Assembly: GCF_044647545.1 (NCBI RefSeq)
Contig: NZ_CP172818.1
DNA: 64,000 bases
DNA from: Escherichia coli
GTDB taxonomy: Bacteria > Pseudomonadota > Gammaproteobacteria > Enterobacterales > Enterobacteriaceae
Strand: one strand, 5' to 3'
The stretch's first letter is position 1, and each line of letters begins with the position of its first letter. The notes under the pieces were generated by a model that was given only the letters and a program-made list of their open reading frames with translations, was not told where the DNA came from and ran no database searches. This document shows, one piece after another, positions 11,697 through 27,461 of this stretch. The translations under genes and the position numbers were made by a program.

Positions 11697-11725
11697 CCAC
11701 AATATAAACCCATCTCATATTGTGG
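11697..11725. promoter_or_regulatory. inverted repeat ccacaatat-N11-atattgtgg about 120 bp upstream of rmuC; candidate operator
   Basis: Perfect 9-bp arms read directly from the sequence. Confidence 0.35.
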
Positions 11726-11842
11726 ATAAATAATGAAAATTAACATTTTTGCGTAGCGCCTCGCAGGAAACTTCTTTCAAACTGGACGTTTGTACAGCAC
11801 AATTCTATTTTGTGCGGGTAAGTTGTTGCGTCAGGAGGCGTT

Positions 11843-13270
11843 GTGGATTTCTCAATCATGGTTTACGCAGTTATTGCATTGGTGGGTGTGGCAATTGGCT
11901 GGCTGTTTGCCAGTTATCAACATGCGCAGCAAAAAGCCGAGCAATTAGCTGAACGTGAAGAGATGGTCGCGGAGTTAAGCGCGGCAAAACAACAAATTAC
12001 TCAAAGCGAGCACTGGCGCGCTGAGTGCGAGTTACTCAATAACGAAGTGCGCAGCCTGCAAAGTATTAACACCTCTCTGGAGGCCGATCTGCGTGAAGTA
12101 ACCACGCGGATGGAAGCTGCACAGCAACATGCTGACGATAAAATTCGCCAGATGATTAACAGCGAGCAGCGCCTCAGTGAGCAGTTTGAAAACCTCGCCA
12201 ACCGTATTTTTGAGCACAGCAATCGCCGGGTTGATGAGCAAAACCGTCAGAGCCTGAACAGCCTGTTGTCGCCGCTACGTGAACAACTGGACGGTTTCCG
12301 CCGTCAGGTCCAGGACAGCTTTGGTAAAGAAGCCCAAGAACGTCATACCCTGACTCACGAAATCCGCAACCTCCAGCAACTCAACGCCCAGATGGCCCAG
12401 GAAGCGATCAACCTGACGCGTGCGCTGAAAGGCGACAATAAAACCCAGGGCAACTGGGGCGAGGTAGTATTGACGCGGGTGCTGGAGGCTTCCGGTCTGC
12501 GTGAAGGGTATGAATATGAAACCCAGGTCAGCATCGAAAATGACGCCCGCTCGCGGATGCAGCCGGATGTCATCGTGCGGTTGCCGCAGGGAAAAGATGT
12601 GGTGATCGACGCCAAAATGACGCTGGTCGCCTATGAACGCTATTTCAACGCTGAAGATGACTACACACGTGAAAGCGCGCTACAGGAGCATATCGCGTCG
12701 GTGCGTAACCACATCCGCTTGCTTGGACGCAAAGATTATCAACAGTTGCCGGGGCTGCGAACCCTGGATTACGTGCTGATGTTTATCCCCGTTGAGCCAG
12801 CATTTTTATTGGCACTGGATCGCCAGCCGGAGCTGATCACCGAAGCGTTGAAAAACAATATCATGCTGGTTAGCCCGACTACGCTGCTGGTGGCGCTGCG
12901 CACTATCGCCAACCTGTGGCGTTATGAGCATCAAAGCCGCAACGCCCAGCAAATCGCCGATCGTGCCAGCAAGCTGTACGACAAGATGCGTTTGTTCATC
13001 GATGACATGTCCGCGATTGGTCAAAGTCTCGACAAAGCGCAGGATAACTATCGCCAGGCAATGAAAAAACTCTCTTCAGGTCGCGGAAATGTGCTGGCGC
13101 AGGCAGAAGCGTTTCGCGGTTTAGGGGTAGAAATTAAACGCGAGATTAATCCGGATTTGGCTGAACAGGCGGTGAGCCAGGATGAAGAGTATCGACTTCG
13201 GTCGGTTCCGGAGCAACCGAATGATGAAGCTTATCAACGCGATGATGAATATAATCAGCAGTCGCGCTAG
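11843..13270 (+). CDS. rmuC: DNA recombination protein RmuC, 475 aa
   Basis: 475-aa ORF with GTG start after RBS aggagg; N-terminal TM segment, coiled-coil, C-terminal RmuC nuclease-like domain. Confidence 0.92.
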   Translation: MDFSIMVYAVIALVGVAIGWLFASYQHAQQKAEQLAEREEMVAELSAAKQQITQSEHWRAECELLNNEVRSLQSINTSLEADLREVTTRMEAAQQHADDKIRQMINSEQRLSEQFENLANRIFEHSNRRVDEQNRQSLNSLLSPLREQLDGFRRQVQDSFGKEAQERHTLTHEIRNLQQLNAQMAQEAINLTRALKGDNKTQGNWGEVVLTRVLEASGLREGYEYETQVSIENDARSRMQPDVIVRLPQGKDVVIDAKMTLVAYERYFNAEDDYTRESALQEHIASVRNHIRLLGRKDYQQLPGLRTLDYVLMFIPVEPAFLLALDRQPELITEALKNNIMLVSPTTLLVALRTIANLWRYEHQSRNAQQIADRASKLYDKMRLFIDDMSAIGQSLDKAQDNYRQAMKKLSSGRGNVLAQAEAFRGLGVEIKREINPDLAEQAVSQDEEYRLRSVPEQPNDEAYQRDDEYNQQSR

Positions 13271-13364
13271 CCCATTGGGGGTAGTTAAGCCGGGTAGAAA
13301 TCTAGGGCATCGACGCCCAATCTGTTACACTTCTGGAACAATTTTTTGATGAGCAGGCATTGAG

Positions 13365-14120
13365 ATGGTGGATAAGTCACAAGAAACGACGCACTTTGGT
13401 TTTCAGACCGTCGCGAAGGAACAAAAAGCGGATATGGTCGCCCACGTTTTCCATTCCGTGGCATCAAAATACGATGTCATGAATGATTTGATGTCATTCG
13501 GTATTCATCGTTTGTGGAAGCGATTCACGATTGATTGCAGCGGCGTACGCCGTGGGCAGACCGTGCTGGATCTGGCTGGTGGCACCGGCGACCTGACAGC
13601 GAAATTCTCCCGCCTGGTCGGAGAAACTGGCAAAGTGGTCCTTGCTGATATCAATGAATCCATGCTCAAAATGGGACGCGAGAAGCTGCGTAATATCGGT
13701 GTGATTGGCAACGTTGAGTATGTTCAAGCGAACGCTGAGGCGCTGCCGTTCCCGGATAACACCTTTGATTGCATCACCATTTCGTTTGGTCTGCGTAACG
13801 TCACCGACAAAGATAAAGCACTGCGTTCAATGTATCGCGTGCTGAAACCCGGCGGCCGCCTGCTGGTGCTTGAGTTCTCGAAGCCAATTATCGAGCCGCT
13901 GAGCAAAGCCTATGATGCATACTCCTTCCATGTGCTGCCGCGTATTGGCTCACTGGTCGCGAACGACGCCGACAGCTACCGTTATCTGGCAGAATCCATC
14001 CGTATGCATCCCGATCAGGATACCCTGAAAGCCATGATGCAGGATGCCGGATTCGAAAGTGTCGACTACTACAATCTGACGGCAGGGGTTGTGGCGTTGC
14101 ATCGTGGTTATAAGTTCTGA
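13365..14120 (+). CDS. ubiE: ubiquinone/menaquinone C-methyltransferase, 251 aa
   Basis: 251-aa ORF with SAM-binding motif (LDLAGGTGD). Confidence 0.95.
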
Positions 14121-14133
14121 CAGGAGACCGGAA

Positions 14134-16376
<2,243 letters not shown>

Positions 16377-16454
16377 TTTTTTCATCGCTCAAGGCGGGCC
16401 GTGTAACGTATAATGCGGCCTTGTTTAATCATCATCTACCACAGAGGAACATGT

Positions 16455-16724
16455 ATGGGTGGTATCAGTATTTGGCAGTTATTGATTATTGCCGTCATCG
16501 TTGTACTGCTTTTTGGCACCAAAAAGCTCGGCTCCATCGGTTCCGATCTTGGTGCGTCGATCAAAGGCTTTAAAAAAGCAATGAGCGATGATGAACCAAA
16601 GCAGGATAAAACCAGTCAGGATGCTGATTTTACTGCGAAAACTATCGCCGATAAGCAGGCGGATACGAATCAGGAACAGGCTAAAACAGAAGACGCGAAG
16701 CGCCACGATAAAGAGCAGGTGTAA
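16455..16724 (+). CDS. tatA: twin-arginine translocase subunit TatA, 89 aa
   Basis: [33 protein letters not shown].. canonical TatA. Confidence 0.96.
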   Translation: MGGISIWQLLIIAVIVVLLFGTKKLGSIGSDLGASIKGFKKAMSDDEPKQDKTSQDADFTAKTIADKQADTNQEQAKTEDAKRHDKEQV

Positions 16725-16727
16725 TCC

Positions 16728-17243
16728 GTGTTTGATATCGGTTTTAGCGAACTGCTATTGGTATTCATCATCGGCCTCGTCGTTCTGGGGCCGCAACGAC
16801 TGCCTGTGGCGGTAAAAACGGTCGCGGGCTGGATTCGCGCGTTGCGTTCACTGGCGACAACGGTGCAGAACGAACTGACCCAGGAGTTAAAACTCCAGGA
16901 GTTTCAGGACAGTCTGAAAAAGGTTGAAAAGGCGAGCCTCACTAACCTGACACCCGAACTGAAAGCGTCGATGGATGAATTACGCCAGGCCGCGGAGTCG
17001 ATGAAGCGTTCCTACGTTGCAAACGATCCTGAAAAGGCGAGCGATGAAGCGCACACCATCCATAACCCGGTGGTGAAAGACAATGAAGCTGCGCATGAAG
17101 GCGTAACGCCTGCCGCTGCACAAACGCAGGCCAGTTCGCCGGAACAGAAGCCAGAAACCACGCCAGAGCCGGTGGTAAAACCTGCTGCGGACGCTGAACC
17201 GAAAACCGCTGCACCTTCCCCTTCGTCGAGTGATAAACCGTAA
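16728..17243 (+). CDS. tatB: twin-arginine translocase subunit TatB, 171 aa
   Basis: GTG start; [26 protein letters not shown].. Confidence 0.95.
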
Positions 17244-17245
17244 AC

Positions 17246-18022
17246 ATGTCTGTAGAAGATACTCAACCGCTTATCACGCATCTGATTGAGCTGCGTAAGC
17301 GTCTGCTGAACTGCATTATCGCGGTGATCGTGATATTCCTGTGTCTGGTCTATTTCGCCAATGACATCTATCACCTGGTATCCGCGCCATTGATCAAGCA
17401 GTTGCCGCAAGGTTCAACGATGATCGCCACCGACGTGGCCTCGCCGTTCTTTACGCCGATCAAGCTGACCTTTATGGTGTCGCTGATTCTGTCAGCGCCG
17501 GTGATTCTCTATCAGGTGTGGGCGTTTATCGCCCCAGCGCTGTATAAGCATGAACGTCGCCTGGTGGTGCCGCTGCTGGTTTCCAGCTCTCTGTTGTTTT
17601 ATATCGGCATGGCGTTCGCCTACTTTGTGGTCTTTCCGCTGGCATTTGGCTTCCTTGCCAATACCGCGCCGGAAGGGGTACAGGTATCCACCGACATCGC
17701 CAGCTATTTAAGCTTCGTTATGGCGCTGTTTATGGCGTTTGGTGTCTCCTTTGAAGTGCCTGTGGCAATTGTGCTGCTGTGCTGGATGGGGATTACCTCG
17801 CCAGAAGACTTACGCAAAAAACGCCCGTATGTGCTGGTTGGTGCATTCGTTGTCGGGATGTTGCTGACGCCGCCGGATGTCTTCTCGCAAACGCTGCTGG
17901 CGATCCCGATGTACTGCCTGTTTGAAATCGGTGTCTTCTTCTCTCGCTTTTACGTTGGTAAGGGTCGAAACCGGGAAGAGGAAAACGACGCTGAAGCAGA
18001 AAGCGAAAAAACTGAAGAATAA
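17246..18022 (+). CDS. tatC: twin-arginine translocase subunit TatC, 258 aa
   Basis: 258-aa six-TM ORF directly after tatB. Confidence 0.96.
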
Positions 18023-18063
18023 ATTCAACCGCCCGTCAGGGCGGTTGTCATATGGAGTACAGG

Positions 18064-19376
<1,313 letters not shown>

Positions 19377-19497
19377 TTACGCTAAGTTAATTATATTCCC
19401 CGGTATGCGTTATACCGTCAGAGTTCACGCTAATTTAACAAATTTACAGCATCGCAAAGATGAACGCCGTATAATGGGCGCAGATTAAGAGGCTACA

Positions 19498-20991
19498 ATG
19501 GACGCCATGAAATATAACGATTTACGCGACTTCTTGACGCTGCTTGAACAGCAGGGTGAGCTAAAACGTATCACGCTCCCGGTGGATCCGCACCTGGAAA
19601 TCACTGAAATTGCTGACCGCACTTTGCGTGCCGGTGGGCCTGCGCTGTTGTTCGAAAACCCTAAAGGCTACTCAATGCCGGTGCTGTGCAACCTGTTCGG
19701 TACGCCAAAGCGCGTGGCGATGGGCATGGGGCAGGAAGATGTTTCGGCGCTGCGTGAAGTTGGTAAATTATTGGCGTTTCTGAAAGAGCCGGAGCCGCCA
19801 AAAGGTTTCCGCGACCTGTTTGATAAACTGCCGCAGTTTAAGCAAGTATTGAATATGCCGACAAAGCGACTGCGTGGTGCGCCCTGCCAACAAAAAATCG
19901 TCTCTGGCGATGACGTCGATCTCAATCGCATTCCCATTATGACCTGTTGGCCGGAAGATGCCGCGCCGCTGATTACCTGGGGGCTGACCGTAACGCGCGG
20001 TCCGCATAAAGAGCGTCAGAATCTGGGCATTTATCGCCAGCAGCTGATTGGTAAAAACAAACTGATTATGCGCTGGCTGTCGCATCGCGGTGGCGCGCTG
20101 GATTATCAGGAGTGGTGTGCGGCGCATCCGGGCGAACGTTTCCCGGTTTCTGTGGCGCTGGGTGCCGATCCCGCCACGATTCTCGGCGCAGTCACCCCCG
20201 TTCCGGATACGCTTTCAGAGTATGCGTTTGCCGGATTGCTGCGCGGCACCAAGACCGAAGTGGTGAAGTGTATCTCCAATGACCTGGAAGTGCCCGCCAG
20301 TGCGGAGATTGTGCTGGAAGGGTATATCGAACAAGGCGAAACTGCGCCGGAAGGGCCGTATGGCGACCACACCGGTTACTATAACGAAGTCGATAGTTTC
20401 CCGGTATTCACCGTGACGCATATTACCCAGCGTGAAGATGCGATTTACCATTCCACCTATACCGGGCGTCCGCCGGATGAACCTGCGGTGCTGGGTGTCG
20501 CACTGAACGAAGTGTTTGTGCCGATTCTGCAAAAACAGTTCCCGGAAATTGTCGATTTTTACCTGCCGCCGGAAGGATGTTCTTATCGTCTGGCGGTAGT
20601 GACGATCAAAAAACAGTACGCCGGACACGCGAAGCGCGTCATGATGGGCGTCTGGTCGTTTTTACGCCAGTTTATGTACACTAAGTTTGTGATCGTTTGC
20701 GATGATGACGTCAACGCACGCGACTGGAACGATGTGATTTGGGCGATTACCACCCGTATGGACCCGGCGCGGGACACGGTGTTGGTCGAAAATACGCCTA
20801 TTGATTATCTGGATTTTGCCTCGCCTGTGTCCGGGCTGGGTTCAAAAATGGGGCTGGATGCCACGAATAAATGGCCGGGGGAAACCCAGCGTGAATGGGG
20901 ACGTCCCATCAAAAAAGATCCAGATGTTGTCGCGCATATTGACGCCATCTGGGATGAACTGGCTATTTTTAACAACGGTAAAAGCGCCTGA
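19498..20991 (+). CDS. ubiD: 3-octaprenyl-4-hydroxybenzoate decarboxylase, 497 aa
   Basis: 497-aa ORF beginning [25 protein letters not shown]. Confidence 0.95.
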   Translation: MDAMKYNDLRDFLTLLEQQGELKRITLPVDPHLEITEIADRTLRAGGPALLFENPKGYSMPVLCNLFGTPKRVAMGMGQEDVSALREVGKLLAFLKEPEPPKGFRDLFDKLPQFKQVLNMPTKRLRGAPCQQKIVSGDDVDLNRIPIMTCWPEDAAPLITWGLTVTRGPHKERQNLGIYRQQLIGKNKLIMRWLSHRGGALDYQEWCAAHPGERFPVSVALGADPATILGAVTPVPDTLSEYAFAGLLRGTKTEVVKCISNDLEVPASAEIVLEGYIEQGETAPEGPYGDHTGYYNEVDSFPVFTVTHITQREDAIYHSTYTGRPPDEPAVLGVALNEVFVPILQKQFPEIVDFYLPPEGCSYRLAVVTIKKQYAGHAKRVMMGVWSFLRQFMYTKFVIVCDDDVNARDWNDVIWAITTRMDPARDTVLVENTPIDYLDFASPVSGLGSKMGLDATNKWPGETQREWGRPIKKDPDVVAHIDAIWDELAIFNNGKSA

Positions 20992-21036
20992 TGCGCGTTT
21001 GTTTTGCCCTATTTATCGATCCGACAGAGAAAGCGC

Positions 21037-21738
21037 ATGACAACCTTAAGCTGTAAAGTGACCTCGGTAGAAGCTATCACGGATACCGTATACCGTGTCC
21101 GAATCGTACCAGACGCGGCCTTTTCTTTTCGTGCTGGTCAGTATTTGATGGTAGTGATGGATGAGCGTGACAAACGTCCGTTCTCAATGGCTTCGACGCC
21201 GGATGAAAAAGGTTTCATCGAGCTGCATATTGGCGCTTCTGAAATCAACCTTTACGCGAAAGCAGTCATGGACCGCATTCTTAAAGATCATCAAATCGTG
21301 GTCGATATTCCGCACGGTGAGGCATGGCTGCGCGATGATGAAGAACGTCCGATGATTTTGATTGCGGGTGGCACCGGGTTCTCTTATGCGCGCTCGATTT
21401 TGCTGACGGCGCTGGCGCGTAACCCAAACCGTGATATCACCATTTACTGGGGCGGGCGTGAAGAGCAGCATCTTTATGATCTCTCCGAGCTTGAGGCGCT
21501 TTCGTTGAAGCATCCTGGTCTACAAGTGGTGCCGGTGGTTGAACAACCGGAAGCGGGCTGGCGTGGGCGTACTGGCACCGTGTTAACGGCGGTATTGCAG
21601 GATCATGGTACGCTGGCAGAGCATGATATCTATATTGCCGGACGTTTTGAGATGGCGAAAATTGCCCGTGACCTGTTTTGCAGCGAGCGTAATGCGCGGG
21701 AAGATCGCCTGTTTGGCGATGCGTTTGCATTTATCTGA
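21037..21738 (+). CDS. fre: NAD(P)H-flavin reductase, 233 aa
   Basis: [23 protein letters not shown].. ferredoxin-NADP reductase fold; internal ATG of track ORF. Confidence 0.93.
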   Translation: MTTLSCKVTSVEAITDTVYRVRIVPDAAFSFRAGQYLMVVMDERDKRPFSMASTPDEKGFIELHIGASEINLYAKAVMDRILKDHQIVVDIPHGEAWLRDDEERPMILIAGGTGFSYARSILLTALARNPNRDITIYWGGREEQHLYDLSELEALSLKHPGLQVVPVVEQPEAGWRGRTGTVLTAVLQDHGTLAEHDIYIAGRFEMAKIARDLFCSERNAREDRLFGDAFAFI

Positions 21739-21743
21739 GATAT

Positions 21744-21768
21744 AAAAAACCCGCCCCTGACAGGCGGG
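21744..21768 (-). terminator. intrinsic terminator downstream of fadA (hairpin ccgcccctgacaggcggg with T-run on minus strand)
   Basis: GC-rich hairpin followed by TTTTTTAT on the minus strand. Confidence 0.6.
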
Positions 21769-21817
21769 AAGAACGGCAACTAAAACTTTATACAGTGGCA
21801 TTTAGATCGTCGCATCC

Positions 21818-23098
<1,281 letters not shown>

Positions 23099-25288
23099 TT
23101 AAGCCGTTTTCAGGTCGCCAACCGGACGGGCTGGCTCAACCGGGGGATAGTACGGTTCGTTATGACGCGCTTTATTACGCAGACCTTCCGGCACTTCATA
23201 CATCGGGCCGAGGTGCTGATATTGTTGTGCCATATCGAGGTATTTTGCGCTACCGAGGGTGTCCAGCCAGCGGAACGCGCCGCCGTGGAACGGAGGGAAC
23301 CCCAGTCCGTAGACCAGCGCCATATCCGCTTCTGCTGGAGTGGCGATAATGCCTTCTTCCAGACAGCGCACCACTTCGTTGACCATCGGGATCATCATGC
23401 GGGCGATAATCTCTTCTTCGCTGAAATCGCGCTTCGCGTGGCTGACCTCTGCCAGCAGGTCGTCAACGACGGCGTCTTCTTCTTTCTTCGGCTTGCCTTT
23501 ACTGTCTTCTTTATAACGCCAGAAACCGAGGCCGTTCTTCTGACCAAAACGGTTGGCATCAAACAGCGCATCGATGGCATCGCGGTAATCTTTCTGCATC
23601 CGCTGCGGGAAGCCTGCTGTCATCACCGCCTGAGCGTGATGCGCGGTATCAATCCCCACAACGTCCAGCAGATATGCCGGCCCCATCGGCCAGCCAAACT
23701 GTTTTTCCATCACTTTGTCGATCTTGCGGAAATCCGCGCCGTCGCGCAGCAGCTGGCTGAAACCCGCGAAGTAGGGGAACAGCACGCGGTTAACGAAGAA
23801 TCCGGGGCAGTCGTTAACCACAATCGGCGTCTTGCCCATCTTGCTCGCCCATGCGACGACTTTCGCGATGGTTTCGTCGGAGCTTTTCTCGCCGCGAATA
23901 ATTTCCACCAACGGCATCCGGTGCACCGGGTTAAAGAAGTGCATCCCGCAGAAGTTTTCCGGACGTTCCAGCGCGTTGGCCAGTTCGCTGATAGGAATGG
24001 TTGAAGTGTTAGACGCCAGCACGGTATCCGGGCGTACTTTCTGCTCGGTTTCTGCCAGCACGGCTTTTTTCACTTTCGGGTTTTCAACAACCGCTTCTAC
24101 CACAACATCCACGCGGTCAAACCCGGCGTAGTCGAGCGTTGGGTGAATTGTGGAGATCACGCCAGCCAGTTTCAGACCATCGATCTTGCCGCGCTCAAGC
24201 TGCTTGTTCAGCAGTTTCGCGGCTTCGGTCATGCCGAGGGTTAACGACTTGTCGTTGATATCTTTCATGACAACCGGCACGCCTTTCCACGCAGACTGGT
24301 AAGCGATGCCGCCGCCCATAATGCCTGCGCCCAGCACAGCGGCCTGTTTCGGGGTTTCAACATCTTTGGTGAGTTTCTTCGCTTTACCTTTTACATATTG
24401 ATCGTTAAGGAAAATGCCGACCAGTGCGCGGGCTTCGTTGGTATGCGCCAGCGGGACAAAACTTTTGTTTTCCAGGTTTAAGGCTTCTTCACGACCAAAA
24501 CGGGCCGCAGCTTCAATGGTTTTTACTGCGGTGATGGGGGCCGGATAATGTTTCCCCGCCGTTTGCGCGACCATCCCTTTAGCGATGGTGAAGCTCATGG
24601 TGACTTCAATCTTGCTCAGTTTTAGCGGTTCCAGCTTCGGCTGACGTTTTGCTTTCCAGTCGAGGTCGCCGTTAATGGCCTGGCGTAAAATCGCCATCGC
24701 CCCTTCAACCAGTTTTTCTGCTTTGACTACGCCATCCACCAGACCGATTTTCAGCGCCTGATCCGCGCCGACATCTTTACCGGCGGCAATGATTTCCAGC
24801 GCACTGTCAGCGCCCAGCATACGTGGCATACGTACAGAACCGCCAAAGCCCGGCATGATGCCCAGTTTAGTTTCCGGCAGACCGATGCGCAGATCCGGCG
24901 TCGCCAGACGATAATCGGTCGCCAGCACGCATTCGCAGCCACCGCCCAGCGCATAGCCGTTGACAGCAGCAATGGTCGGCACCGGCAGATCCTCCAGGCG
25001 ATTAAACACGCTATTGGCAAAGTGTAGCCACTGACTTAACTGTTCTTCAGGAACGAGGAACAGGGACAAAAATTCGGTGATATCAGCACCGACGATAAAG
25101 GCTGCTTTGTTCGAACGCAGCAGCAGCCCTTTTAGATCTGATTGCTGTTCCAGCACGCCGATGGCCTCGCCGAGGCTGGCGACGGTGGCAGTGTCGAGTT
25201 TATTAACTGAACCTGGGGCATCAAATACCAGTTCGGCAATGCCATCTTCCAGCCAGTCAAGGTACAGGGTGTCGCCTTTGTAAAGCAT
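23099..25288 (-). CDS. fadB: fatty acid oxidation complex alpha subunit (enoyl-CoA hydratase / 3-hydroxyacyl-CoA dehydrogenase), 729 aa
   Basis: Start at [22 protein letters not shown] (internal Met of longer track ORF). Confidence 0.95.
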   Translation of the reverse strand: MLYKGDTLYLDWLEDGIAELVFDAPGSVNKLDTATVASLGEAIGVLEQQSDLKGLLLRSNKAAFIVGADITEFLSLFLVPEEQLSQWLHFANSVFNRLEDLPVPTIAAVNGYALGGGCECVLATDYRLATPDLRIGLPETKLGIMPGFGGSVRMPRMLGADSALEIIAAGKDVGADQALKIGLVDGVVKAEKLVEGAMAILRQAINGDLDWKAKRQPKLEPLKLSKIEVTMSFTIAKGMVAQTAGKHYPAPITAVKTIEAAARFGREEALNLENKSFVPLAHTNEARALVGIFLNDQYVKGKAKKLTKDVETPKQAAVLGAGIMGGGIAYQSAWKGVPVVMKDINDKSLTLGMTEAAKLLNKQLERGKIDGLKLAGVISTIHPTLDYAGFDRVDVVVEAVVENPKVKKAVLAETEQKVRPDTVLASNTSTIPISELANALERPENFCGMHFFNPVHRMPLVEIIRGEKSSDETIAKVVAWASKMGKTPIVVNDCPGFFVNRVLFPYFAGFSQLLRDGADFRKIDKVMEKQFGWPMGPAYLLDVVGIDTAHHAQAVMTAGFPQRMQKDYRDAIDALFDANRFGQKNGLGFWRYKEDSKGKPKKEEDAVVDDLLAEVSHAKRDFSEEEIIARMMIPMVNEVVRCLEEGIIATPAEADMALVYGLGFPPFHGGAFRWLDTLGSAKYLDMAQQYQHLGPMYEVPEGLRNKARHNEPYYPPVEPARPVGDLKTA

Positions 25289-25313
25289 GTCAGTCTCCTG
25301 AATCCGCAAGGTG

Positions 25314-25330
25314 ATCTGGTCGTACCAGAT
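25314..25330. promoter_or_regulatory. FadR operator of the fadBA promoter (atctggtcgtaccagat)
   Basis: 17-bp near-palindrome about 30 bp upstream of fadB start, matching the remembered fadB FadR box. Confidence 0.7.
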
Positions 25331-25477
25331 GAATCGAAGTGTGTATTTTGTGTTAAAAATATGCAAACAAAAGATTAAAGAAATGCCGATCTGATCACGC
25401 TCGGCAGAAATCACGCTCTGGATGAACGATGTGCTAAGATGCGGAGACTTAAGGTCAAAAAAACAGAAGGGTAAAAA

Positions 25478-26809
25478 ATGGAATCACTGGCCTCACTCTA
25501 TAAAAATCATATAGCTACCTTACAAGAACGGACTCGCGATGCGCTGGCGCGCTTCAAGCTGGATGCGTTACTTATTCACTCCGGCGAACTGTTCAACGTT
25601 TTTCTCGACGATCATCCCTATCCGTTTAAAGTGAACCCGCAATTCAAAGCGTGGGTGCCGGTAACTCAGGTGCCAAACTGCTGGTTGCTGGTGGATGGCG
25701 TGAACAAGCCGAAACTGTGGTTTTATCTGCCGGTTGATTACTGGCACAACGTCGAACCGCTGCCGAACTCCTTCTGGACTGAAGATGTGGAAGTGATCGC
25801 GCTGCCGAAAGCCGATGGCATTGGTAGCCTGCTGCCTGCTGCGCGCGGCAATATCGGTTATATCGGTCCGGTGCCGGAACGTGCGCTGCAACTGGGTATT
25901 GAGGCCAGCAACATCAACCCGAAAGGGGTGATCGACTACCTGCATTACTACCGCTCCTTCAAAACCGAGTACGAACTGGCCTGTATGCGTGAAGCGCAGA
26001 AAATGGCGGTCAACGGTCATCGTGCGGCAGAAGAAGCGTTCCGTTCTGGCATGAGCGAGTTCGATATCAATATTGCCTATCTGACCGCGACCGGTCATCG
26101 TGATACTGACGTACCTTACAGCAACATTGTGGCGCTTAACGAACACGCTGCGGTGTTGCATTACACCAAACTGGACCACCAGGCACCGGAAGAGATGCGC
26201 AGCTTCCTGCTGGATGCCGGGGCCGAATATAACGGCTATGCGGCTGACCTGACCCGTACCTGGTCGGCAAAAAGCGACAACGACTACGCACAGCTGGTGA
26301 AAGACGTAAATGATGAACAACTGGCGCTGATCGCCACCATGAAAGCAGGCGTCAGCTATGTGGATTATCACATCCAGTTCCATCAGCGCATCGCCAAACT
26401 GCTGCGTAAACATCAAATCATCACCGATATGAGTGAAGAAGCGATGGTCGAAAACGATCTCACCGGACCTTTTATGCCGCACGGTATCGGTCATCCGCTG
26501 GGCCTGCAGGTGCATGACGTAGCTGGCTTTATGCAAGATGATAGCGGTACGCACCTCGCGGCACCGGCAAAATATCCGTACCTGCGCTGCACCCGTATTC
26601 TCCAGCCGGGCATGGTGTTAACCATCGAACCGGGTATCTACTTCATCGAATCGCTGCTGGCACCGTGGCGTGAAGGGCAGTTCAGCAAGCACTTCAACTG
26701 GCAGAAAATTGAAGCACTGAAACCGTTCGGCGGCATTCGTATCGAAGACAATGTGGTGATCCACGAAAACAGCGTGGAAAACATGACCCGGGATCTGAAA
26801 CTGGCGTGA
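25478..26809 (+). CDS. pepQ: Xaa-Pro dipeptidase (prolidase), 443 aa
   Basis: 443-aa M24-family metallopeptidase ORF. Confidence 0.95.
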   Translation: MESLASLYKNHIATLQERTRDALARFKLDALLIHSGELFNVFLDDHPYPFKVNPQFKAWVPVTQVPNCWLLVDGVNKPKLWFYLPVDYWHNVEPLPNSFWTEDVEVIALPKADGIGSLLPAARGNIGYIGPVPERALQLGIEASNINPKGVIDYLHYYRSFKTEYELACMREAQKMAVNGHRAAEEAFRSGMSEFDINIAYLTATGHRDTDVPYSNIVALNEHAAVLHYTKLDHQAPEEMRSFLLDAGAEYNGYAADLTRTWSAKSDNDYAQLVKDVNDEQLALIATMKAGVSYVDYHIQFHQRIAKLLRKHQIITDMSEEAMVENDLTGPFMPHGIGHPLGLQVHDVAGFMQDDSGTHLAAPAKYPYLRCTRILQPGMVLTIEPGIYFIESLLAPWREGQFSKHFNWQKIEALKPFGGIRIEDNVVIHENSVENMTRDLKLA

Positions 26810-27423
26810 TGGAAAGCTGGTTAATTCCTGCGGCACCGGTCACGGTCGTTGAAGAGATCAAAAAAAGCCGCTTCATAACGATGTTGGCGCATACCGATGG
26901 CGTTGAGGCGGCGAAAGCGTTTGTTGAATCGGTACGGGCAGAACACCCCGATGCCCGCCACCATTGCGTAGCGTGGGTGGCGGGTGCGCCGGATGATTCT
27001 CAACAGCTCGGTTTCTCTGACGACGGGGAACCGGCGGGAACGGCCGGTAAACCGATGCTCGCCCAACTAATGGGCAGCGGCGTCGGGGAAATTACCGCTG
27101 TGGTGGTGCGCTACTACGGCGGCATATTGCTTGGTACCGGTGGGTTAGTGAAAGCGTATGGCGGCGGCGTGAATCAGGCGCTGCGCCAGCTAACGACCCA
27201 ACGCAAGACGCCATTAACCGAATATACTTTGCAATGTGAATATAGTCAGTTAACCGGCATTGAAGCGTTGCTGGGGCAGTGTGACGGCAAAATTATCAAC
27301 AGTGATTATCAGGCATTCGTTCTGCTGCGGGTGGCGCTTCCGGCGGCGAAAGTGGCTGAATTTTCCGCAAAGCTGGCGGATTTTAGCCGTGGTTCATTGC
27401 AATTGTTAGCGATTGAAGAATAA
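26809..27423 (+). CDS. yigZ: IMPACT-family protein YigZ, about 204 aa
   Basis: ORF overlapping pepQ stop; conserved position before trkH. Confidence 0.88.
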   Translation: MESWLIPAAPVTVVEEIKKSRFITMLAHTDGVEAAKAFVESVRAEHPDARHHCVAWVAGAPDDSQQLGFSDDGEPAGTAGKPMLAQLMGSGVGEITAVVVRYYGGILLGTGGLVKAYGGGVNQALRQLTTQRKTPLTEYTLQCEYSQLTGIEALLGQCDGKIINSDYQAFVLLRVALPAAKVAEFSAKLADFSRGSLQLLAIEE

Positions 27424-27461
27424 TCCCCACTTCGTTTTGCAGAACTAAGGAAGCGGCAGAG

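Noticed and set aside
10432-11700. Insertion sequence, MITE or prophage remnant as the explanation for the udp-rmuC tract
   Set aside because: No transposase or integrase ORF, no terminal inverted repeats, no flanking direct repeats, no adjacent tRNA.
10432-11700. Mitochondrial or organellar contamination (G content near 13% resembles vertebrate mtDNA L-strand)
   Set aside because: No recognisable mt rRNA, tRNA or protein-coding motifs in spot translations; composition alone is insufficient. Left as an untested possibility.
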